From contig NC_069003.1 in NCBI RefSeq assembly GCF_001194135.2, positions 1,319,058-1,383,057 on the forward strand: a stretch of 64,000 bases of DNA, read 5' to 3'. Shown here in pieces: positions 55,009 through 64,000 of the stretch. Both the position numbers and the translations under genes were made by a program. The notes under the pieces are model-generated. The model was given only the letters and a program-made list of their open reading frames with translations, was not told the origin of the DNA and searched no databases. The stretch is from Octopus bimaculoides. Lineage: Eukaryota. Every line of letters begins with the position of its first letter. Position 1 is the first letter of the stretch.

Positions 55009-56140
55009 AGCAAAATGGCAATTATAAAAATCAGAATGCAAAACTATTGTAAAGGTTGGAAGACACAACGAAGATTTTAGAAAATATAAAAGAAAGAAGT
55101 GGAGATTTTACCGGTGAGTGTGTTAAATTATAAGGCACCAATAGAGAGTGACTCTCCCAAGACACAGCAGAATGCAAAATAAACATGTAAATTGGTTTTA
55201 TTAATTGAATTAGGTTAAAGATGGGACGATTTCTGTGCTCGTACTGCTGATATCTACTGTACTTCAAGACAAAACTTCNNNNNNNNNNNNNNNNNNNNNN
55301 NNNNNNNNNNNNNNNNNNNNNNNNNNNNNNNNNNNNNNNNNNNNNNNNNNNNNNNNNNNNNNNNNNNNNNNNNNNNNNNNNNNNNNNNNNNNNNNNNNNN
55401 NNNNNNNNNNNNNNNNNNNNNNNNNNNNNNNNNNNNNNNNNNNNNNNNNNNNNNNNNNNNNNNNNNNNNNNNNNNNNNNNNNNNNNNNNNNNNNNNNNNN
55501 NNNNNNNNNNNNNNNNNNNNNNNNNNNNNNNNNNNNNNNNNNNNNNNNNNNNNNNNNNNNNNNNNNNNNNNNNNNNNNNNNNNNNNNNNNNNNNNNNNNN
55601 NNNNNNNNNNNNNNNNNNNNNNNNNNNNNNNNNNNNNNNNNNNNNNNNNNNNNNNNNNNNNNNNNNNNNNNNNNNNNNNNNNNNNNNNNNNNNNNNNNNN
55701 NNNNNNNNNNNNNNNNNNNNNNNNNNNNNNNNNNNNNNNNNNNNNNNNNNNNNNNNNNNNNNNNNNNNNNNNNNNNNNNNNNNNNNNNNNNNNNNNNNNN
55801 NNNNNNNNNNNNNNNNNNNNNNNNNNNNNNNNNNNNNNNGTACGTATGTGAATGGATTATGCCTACTCCTACATTAGCTGAATAGCTCATTTATCTTCTT
55901 AGCTTGATGTCCTCCAATAAACATTAAAGATGGACTGAGTGAACGGTTGAAACGTAATAAGTGAAATAAAGAAAATACATATTTAGATATGGGAAAATGA
56001 AATGGCGTGTACTCTTTTATGGGAGGCCTTCCCGTGCGAGTACGTTGTGGAAATTGATGTGTTATAATGCAGTGTTGAAATGTGGCATCTGAAGTACGCA
56101 CATACGCATGCACAGATACACACTCTTACACTCAGGCATA

Positions 56141-56171
<31 letters not shown>

Positions 56172-56833
56172 ACACATAGATATACATACATACACATATA
56201 CACACACATATATACATCTATGCACATATATATATACACATGTATATATGCATATATGTATATACATATAAATGCATACATACACTCTCATATGGTCACA
56301 CATGCGTAAGAAGATCTATATATGTGTATGCATTTAATTCTTAGAACCGGCAACAACTTTGGCTTGGCACAGTCTTATAGGCACTTCTCCAATACTTAAC
56401 ACACGCACTCCACTGGAGAAAGCGAGCAAAGAGAGGTAGTGATAGAAAAACAGATAGATAAAGAGAGAGAGAGAGAGAGGGAGAAAGTGAAAGAGAAAAA
56501 GACGAAAGGAGAGCGTGGGAGGGACAGACTGAAAGGGAGATAGAGAATGATACATACAAACTGAAGACAGACGAAAACAAAGATATGCAGTGCAGTTGAA
56601 TACATCATTGTTTCAGAATGTCACGTTCTCATCCAAACAATTCTTTTTGATCTACAAAGGGTTCCTGAAAGATGTAAGAACAAGATCCTGTTTAAATGTT
56701 TTACCTATATAACAGGCAGTTATTTTGAAACCTTGCCTGTTGGCATCTGAAGTTTTCTAGATACTGCTGTTATCCCTGGATAGCCTCTGCGTCATTTATC
56801 GAAACATTTCTCTTCACCTTCTTTTAGACTTAC

Positions 56834-56894
56834 CTCGTTTCTTAAGATTATCCCAACCTACGTACGCTTTCACACAGTTCGATAAAAAAATACA
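56834..56894 (-). other. Candidate 61-nt exon (coding or UTR)
   Basis: Long polypyrimidine acceptor ttgttcttgttttttttggtgtgtgttttctttcag| and donor GAG|gtaagt. One open frame: CIFLSNCVKAYVGWDNLKKR. Confidence 0.35.
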
Positions 56895-57053
56895 CTGAAA
56901 GAAAACACACACCAAAAAAAAACAAGAACAAATTAACATTTCAGTTCATAGACCTTGCTGTACTTTCGTTAAATTAAGACAAGGCTGGATCGTGCGACAA
57001 TGCGTGACCTATCTTAAGGCACGCTAATTCAATAATTATGCTTCAGAAATCCG

Positions 57054-57098
<45 letters not shown>

Positions 57099-58762
57099 AA
57101 AGAGACAAACAATGAATGGAAGAAGTGAAACATTATCGACTTTCAAATTATAACATCTTCGTCCGATATGTCCATCTGGTGTATTTGCTGCAGCAACTAC
57201 CAGAACATTTTGCGTTTGCTAGAAATATTTCATATCTGGATTTTCGGGAATTGAGTTTCAAATATTTTACGTGTTTGAAAGACTTATATCACTTCATAAA
57301 ACGTTCATTTATTATCATTTCCTTGTTAATGTTCGAGTCCCCTTGGATGGTTATCAATGCCAGCATCAATTTCAAGTTCAGTATTTGAACGGATTGTTGT
57401 TTTTTGTGGCATTTCCTTTTTCTGCCTCTCCGTTCATCTTTGCGTGTTCCGTGAAATTGCCTTCTGCATGTTTGGACGTATTAAGTGTTTTTATCGCCAT
57501 GATGTCAGATCAACAAATTCCTAAACTTTCACATGAATATTCCCTTTGTCAAATGAAATTCAAATCTTGAGTTTAGTTTCTTCTATCTACTGGAATATAT
57601 TTATTAAATGTCAGTATTTCACGACCATACAACAAAACAAACAACATGAATGTTTTGAAAACAAACCTTTATATTTTTTTATTACCTTTTAGAGCATATA
57701 AAAAACTAGGCTTCGCTGATATCAGAACAATCTTTCAATAATATCCTAAAAATTTGCATCAAATATACTTAAGGAAAATACATATTGTAAAATTTTGCCT
57801 TACAGCGTTTACGTTTGAATTCACACGTGACTCTTCAGGACAGAGCTGATAAACAATATCGTTTTACATGAAAATTAAATAGGAAATGCAGCGTGCTACT
57901 TTCCGATGAAATTTTATCCGTGAGCAATGTATAATAAGTCATTTATCAGACGGTGATTTTCAGAATTAAATGGTTTGACATTAACTAATTTAACAGTTTT
58001 GCTGTAACAATTATTAACAATCTCGGATGAGTCTTTACAATCAATCATTAAAAGTATTACGTTTCATTAGCCTGTTTCGATCACGACTAACAGTTAATAT
58101 CTATCAGCATTCTCCACCTCATACTCACACATCTTTCACAATTTGATAATAATTCTAACTTTATCAGAATAAGCACTTCTACCATTTCACTACAACATAT
58201 CAATATTCATGTAATCGAATTGTTCATTGCTATGATGGAGGAAGAAATGATAGTCGCTATATTACTGTTCAACTTAATTTTCCAATAGTTAACGAGCTGA
58301 AGATAACATCTCGGTATTTCTCTTCTTAGCGGAAAAAGCAAGAAACGAAGGAGCGCAATCTAATCCATTCTAATGATGAATGTAGCATTTAAAAACAATT
58401 ATTCTCTCTAAAAAACTGAAGAGGAACATGATTCGAGGATTGCTGTGTATACCGTTACCATATATTTGCAGCTGTTTTTCTACTTTGCCTTGCGCCCCAA
58501 AGACTGTTAACGCTGGTAGCACCAAATTTTCTTATACCATTTTGACATAACAATCCCCATTTTGTTCGTTCCAAAGCTGTTCACTCAAAGGCATTGTGAG
58601 CTATCTTCACTGCTAAGAGGTTACTCTTCAGCTTGTCCTTATATCTGAGCCATGGTCTACCAACATTCCTGTGCCCACTGTCAAACTTGCTGTACATATC
58701 TATCTATCTATCCACACACACACACGCACACGCACACGCGCACGCACGCACACACGCACACA

Positions 58763-58808
<46 letters not shown>

Positions 58809-58966
58809 ATATCCAATGCTTTTTTTTTCACTGCAACACTATGAAGTCAATTGTTTAAGTGCGTTGCGCACTATATGAGAGATAATGAGCCACTGGACTA
58901 CTATGCGTAACCGGAAAACATAAAAGAAGGAACCGGGTAGAGAAAAGAAGTTATTGATAGACTTAC

Positions 58967-59054
58967 CAAGTGGCGACAGAAAGTCCAGGCATGGTTTGCA
59001 GACGGGAGACAAGACGAAAGAAGAAATAACGATATGGAGACATTGACGATGCCC
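58967..59054 (-). other. Candidate 88-nt exon (coding or UTR)
   Basis: Acceptor cttcattgtttcgtttcag| and donor TTG|gtaagt. GC-richer than the flanks, and all three frames are open. Confidence 0.4.
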
Positions 59055-59667
59055 CTGAAACGAAACAATGAAGTTATTTGCTATTTCAGTTGTTGTGTAG
59101 TACATGAAAACCGTGATTGAGCCAACATGCAAGAAGAAAAATCATTGCAGACATGTCTACATTTTCTCACATATAAAATGTAACGCAAGCTTTATTTTCT
59201 AACGTGCCAGTATTAAGAAAATACGGAATGGTTGAGGGAGATATACTTCCTATTTCCTGAGGGTCGACGGCCGCGTACAAGATATTTCAACTGGAATGAT
59301 ATAGTTTCAACAGCGATTAAATTGTCTTCTGTCAGTAGTTTCCAGACGACTAAGTTCTTCTAAGAATCTTATCAAGCTACAACACGAACTATTGTCTTTA
59401 TTACAGATTAAAAGAACAGAAAATAAGAAAGAAATAACACAGTGACTTTTCTTTATTTTTCACTATCTTTTGTATTATTGTAAATTGTTCATTTATTTCT
59501 GTCAATAGTATCTTTATTTTCTAGGCGAATCTACTCAAAATGTATACGTTTAAAAAATAACCACTACTTGACATTTCCATGATAGCGAGGGCTGGAAAGG
59601 GAAGAAAGATATATACGTACGTACGTAAGTATAGATATACGTACGTATATATATACTTGCCGTGTGC

Positions 59668-59716
<49 letters not shown>

Positions 59717-59718
59717 AC

Positions 59719-59750
<32 letters not shown>

Positions 59751-60711
59751 CTACACGTAAGCATATGTATATGTTTGTGCGTATGTGTTTCGGTGTATGT
59801 GTGTAGTCATGAAATGGAGGGGACTTTTCTTTAGTTTTTATGAAGACAATCACATTATTTTGTGTCTCTCCCGGAATATATTTCGGCTTAGTCAGACATT
59901 TCTATTTTTATTTCATTTTTAATGTTGTACAAAATAGTTTTCTTTATTTTCGCAATTTTGAATCAGTTCTTTAGACTCAGATTTTGAAGACCTACAGCTA
60001 TACAGAAAAATACACACATAAACACAGATATATATACATACAAATATACATACTTACTCGCGCACATACATACGGATATGCACACATACATACACATAGA
60101 CATATAGATTAATACGAAACAAATCACATACATTCATAATGATACACATAGATAAATAGATAGGTAGATATATGTACAGACAGACATATAAATAGATTGA
60201 TAGATATACAAACACATAGATATTTAGATTGATAGATGATAGATAAACAGATAGATAGATGGGTAGGTAATTACATAGATAGATGATACGGAGATAGATA
60301 AATAGATATATAGATATATCAATGACCATACTTATTGATGTAATTCCCATGGTTTCACCGTAACCCTCGCTCGAATACGTTTCATCATTGTCATTTTCTC
60401 ATCTAGGGTTAATATTTTAGCCGGGCTCCTGTCCCTCGACACGTCTAGCATAGGTGGCCTTAGCAGGAGTTGATCTCACGTTAGCATAGTTCTTCTGATC
60501 ATTGGATCTCTTATTTAACCGCGGGAAATTATAAAAATTAAAAATGAACAAATCTGAAATTATAAATAAAATAAAATTATATAAAAAAATATACATACAT
60601 ATCGTAAAATATACTTCCCATGTGGCCGTCCTATATATATACATACATATGTATACATGCATAATATATACAGACACATAATACATAAATATTATACTCA
60701 CATATGCGTGC

Positions 60712-60782
<71 letters not shown>

Positions 60783-61401
60783 NNNNNNNNNNNNNNNNNN
60801 NNNNNNNNNNNNNNNNNNNNNNNNNNNNNNNNNNNNNNNNNNNNNNNNNNNNNNNNNNNNNNNNNNNNNNNNNNNNNNNNNNNNNNNNNNNNNNNNNNNN
60901 NNNNNNNNNNNNNNNNNNNNNNNNNNNNNNNNNNNNNNNNNNNNNNNNNNNNNNNNNNNNNNNNNNNNNNNNNNNNNNNNNNNNNNNNNNNNNNNNNNNN
61001 NNNNNNNNNNNNNNNNNNNNNNNNNNNNNNNNNNNNNNNNNNNNNNNNNNNNNNNNNNNNNNNNNNNNNNNNNNNNNNNNNNNNNNNNNNNNNNNNNNNN
61101 NNNNNNNNNNNNNNNNNNNNNNNNNNNNNNNNNNNNNNNNNNNNNNNNNNNNNNNNNNNNNNNNNNNNNNNNNNNNNNNNNNNNNNNNNNNNNNNNNNNN
61201 NNNNNNNNNNNNNNNNNNNNNNNNNNNNNNNNNNNNNNNNNNNNNNNNNNNNNNNNNNNNNNNNNNNNNNNNNNNNNNNNNNNNNNNNNNNNNNNNNNNN
61301 ATTCTCTCTTAGGTTCTATTATCGTAGATACATAAATAAAGAAGAAAAACAAGTTCATCAACAACAGAATTAATAATAATAATAATGATAATAATAACAA
61401 C

Positions 61402-61558
61402 AACATCGAAACATACCTTAGGAATGAGAACCCAGAATCGATATTTCCCAAAGACACCTGATGAAAGCTGGAGGTGACATCAGCCGAAACGTTGTGTTAG
61501 CAACAAACAAGATGAGGACAAATATCCGTCAAATGTAAACAATATAAATAATGTAAAT
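61402..61558 (+). mobile_element. Short interspersed repeat carrying a hammerhead motif, probably derived from a Penelope-like element terminus
   Basis: aacatcgaaacataccttaggaatgagaaccc...gacacctgatgaaagctggaggtgacatcagccgaaacgttgtgtt...gatgaggacaaatatccgtcaaatgtaa, embedded in (AAT)n. Confidence 0.7.
61453..61498 (+). ncRNA. Minimal type I hammerhead ribozyme motif (Penelope-type, palindromic stem III)
   Basis: Stem I gACAC/GUGUu, core CUGAUGA, stem II GCUG/CAGC, then GAAA, palindromic ACGU and the GUU triplet (predicted cut after 61493). Confidence 0.7.
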
Positions 61559-61742
61559 TATTCCTGTTATTATAATAACAAATTATAATAATGATGATGA
61601 TGATAATGATAATGAAAATAATCTTAAGGAAAGCAATATCTGTCTGAGGTCCTTGTTCTGACTTGACAGACGACGAAAGGCTCCGGTGCATTTGTACCTA
61701 CACTGTGTTACGAAGGAATAATAATGATAATAAAAGGATACC

Positions 61743-62140
61743 AAGATCATAGATATTGAAATACCTGGAGATGCACGCATGCGTATCGAAGAGCTGGAAG
61801 AGATTTCAAAGTACAGACTACTAACAGACGAAATTGCAAGAATAAGGACTATGAAGAGCGTGTCTGTCATTCCAGTAGTTTGGGGGGACTCGGAGCACTA
61901 ACAACTGAGTTCGAGGAGTATGTCAGAGAGATCGGAATTGACATGAGAGCAGAGCAGACCCAAAGATCTGCTCTGCTTGGGACAGCTAGGATTTTGTGAT
62001 TGGATTTTGTGAATGTCTCCCACGATAATTAACAACCAAATACCGAAGCTTATAATTTGCTGAAAAGGACCCTGTTAGACCCCCGACCGCAGCTGCTGTC
62101 CGTTCTCATAGAATCTACCTGACCAAGTAAAGCCAAACGT
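61743..62140 (+). mobile_element. 5'-truncated site-specific non-LTR retrotransposon (R4/Dong/NeSL-like): restriction-like endonuclease C-terminus and probable 3' UTR
   Basis: KIIDIEIPGDARMRIEELEEISKYRLLTDEIARIRTMKSVSVIPVV / (frameshift) GGLGALTTEFEEYVREIGIDMRAEQTQRSALLGTARIL* (61743-61999) is the typical RLE-domain C-terminus. Confidence 0.92.
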
Positions 62141-62339
62141 CTTTAGAAGTAAAACGATGATTAAGATGATGCCCTGTAGAGTTTCTACAGAACGTTTGCT
62201 TCTTAAGGACAGGTAAGATTATAAATACTTAAAAGACTATTGAAAGCTTGTGTATACCGAAGATTACAGGTAGTAACCCGCCACACACATAAATTCTAGC
62301 AGGAATAAATCCGAAGCTGCGTAAAATCAATGAAAATAA

Positions 62340-62600
62340 CAAAACTGAAAGAAGTAGTTGAGTAAGAATACAAGAGAAAAGTTAATGAAGTCAAATCTGA
62401 AAGGTCCAAAAATAGTGAAGAATGTATGTAGCAGGTTTATTGATTAGAAAAAATCTAAATTAACAAATCTGAAGAGGGTAATTAGAAAGGAATTCAATAT
62501 CAATGGAGGTCTTCATCTTAGAGCAAGTGTAGAAAGATTGTATATTGCTAGAAACGAATGTAGTACAGGTTTAATATCAATAGAAAACGTATGAATTTAG
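62340..62600 (+). mobile_element. R4/NeSL-like LINE fragment (region just after the RT domain)
   Basis: EYKRKVNEVKS...D*KKSKLTNLKRVIRKEFNINGGLHLRASVERLYIARNECSTGLISIENV* fits the LHP....RLY..R..GGRGL..IE motif. Confidence 0.85.
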
Positions 62601-62699
62601 CTGGTTTAGTTCTAGCTTCCTATGCAGTTATTAGTAGGGGAATTTTATTACGCAGTGGAAAATCCCTGTCTTTCCAGCGCAATGGATATGGTAGAGGGA

Positions 62700-63150
62700 C
62701 ATTTTTTTGTGGAAATGATCGTAAACTGAATTCTACAGCCGGCCCCGACCTTCGCTCGAGGCGATGAAAAGATCCTACACACTCTCGCATTGCTCTAAAC
62801 GTTGCTGACTTGTACAGTTATTTCGAAATAGCTGCTGTCACGTGGGGTTGACGTATCCAACGCGGTTCCATCGCGGTGGAGATCGCTACTTTGACTACCT
62901 TAGGCTGAAAAAAGAACTGGCACTTTTCCTTTGTTTTGGTAGCTATGACAAAATGTTTCTATACTGAAGTAGATTGAAAGCTGACAAGAAAGGGACTTTC
63001 ATTTCAACGAAACCCTTGTCGTAGTTTCCAAGTTCCGTTAGGAAAAACAACTGATGAATTACTGCCCCCACTAAAATTTGTAAAAGCTTGGGTGAAGATA
63101 GAGAAAAAGGCCCAGGAGAATGGGCTTACTTTAAGTAGGGACGTTTTGAA
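62700..63150 (+). mobile_element. Decayed Tx1/L1-clade ORF2 C-terminus
   Basis: Frameshifted remnants ...HSRIALNVADLYSYFE..., LALFLCF...SRLKADK and FVKAWVKIEKKAQENGLTL resemble Tx1 C-termini as I recall them. Confidence 0.5.
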
Positions 63151-63839
63151 TGAAAAGTACGGGATAGCTCTGCCCCGTGGTAATAGCGACTCAACGTCTG
63201 TGGACTTCCTTCATTGCCTCTGATAGGTACTATTTTAGGCGAAGAAAACATCGACGGTTATGAAATATGATTATAAAAACGCCTGTAAAATAACAGTAGG
63301 CAATCTAACCGTCGTAAATCTGTGTGAAAATTGATGAAGACAACTTCATCAAATCTGATACATTTATATTTAAACGTCTGCTTGTTCAACTCTGACTTTG
63401 GACTATACGACAACAATAACAACAAAACGAGCAAATAACTCCGTAGTATTGTCTCATTATGGTCGCAATCTTTTGACTGTATCTGGTAAATAGACGAAAA
63501 TATCAGCAGCGTGTTTATTCAAGTATCCGGGTGTGTTTGTATTTTAAAACGGCTCAATAGACTGCCGTGAGCTTTATATTTAGAAATGTCGCCTGTAGTA
63601 GACTGTTGACCTATACACCCGATTAACGTCACCAAACCATAGCTAAGTATACGGAAATTGAAGTGCATTAGATAATATTTAATATTGCGACTGTCTGGTT
63701 TTGACAATATGGGGCAATTATGATTAATCCACTTGTTATAACATATAATAGAGACTACCGCTGGACTGTAGGAATGTAAGTACTACTATACATTTCATAC
63801 ACTCATGAATACATACATGCATACATATATATACCTCTA

Positions 63840-63860
63840 ATATGTGTGTGCGTATATACA

Positions 63861-63892
<32 letters not shown>

Positions 63893-64000
63893 CACATATA
63901 TATATATATATATACACATATATATATATATATATATACACATATATATATATATATACACATATATATATATATATATACACATATATATATATATATA
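63840..64000. repeat. (TA)n/TACA minisatellite
   Basis: Directly visible. Confidence 0.95.

Noticed and set aside
60360-60411. Minus CUAGAUGA...GAAACGUA inside a 7-bp inverted repeat
   Set aside because: Stem II cannot pair, and the outer stem is not adjacent to the cleavage triplet.
61640-61690. CTGAG-GTC...GAC-GAAA, hammerhead-like
   Set aside because: The core is missing two conserved nucleotides and there is no stem I or stem III.

Overview
AT-rich eukaryotic (metazoan) DNA, very rich in microsatellites ((TA)n, (CA)n/(TG)n, (TATC)n, trinucleotides). About 20 N-gaps, mostly next to simple repeats, point to a short-read assembly. The SINE families and repeat load suggest a coleoid cephalopod, most likely Octopus (inference). 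No intact gene or intact transposon is visible, so the window looks intronic or intergenic. Most listed ORFs are translations of microsatellites or N-runs. Supportable content: about 14 tRNA-derived SINE copies or fragments; four decayed mariner remnants, one with both TIRs; two Tx1/L1-clade and two R4/Dong/NeSL-like LINE fragments; and a repeat carrying a minimal Penelope-type hammerhead ribozyme motif (61453-61498), with a possible degenerate second one at 34380-34435. Several minus-strand segments have good splice signals and may be exons of an unidentified transcript. All translations and structures were worked out by eye and none has been checked computationally.
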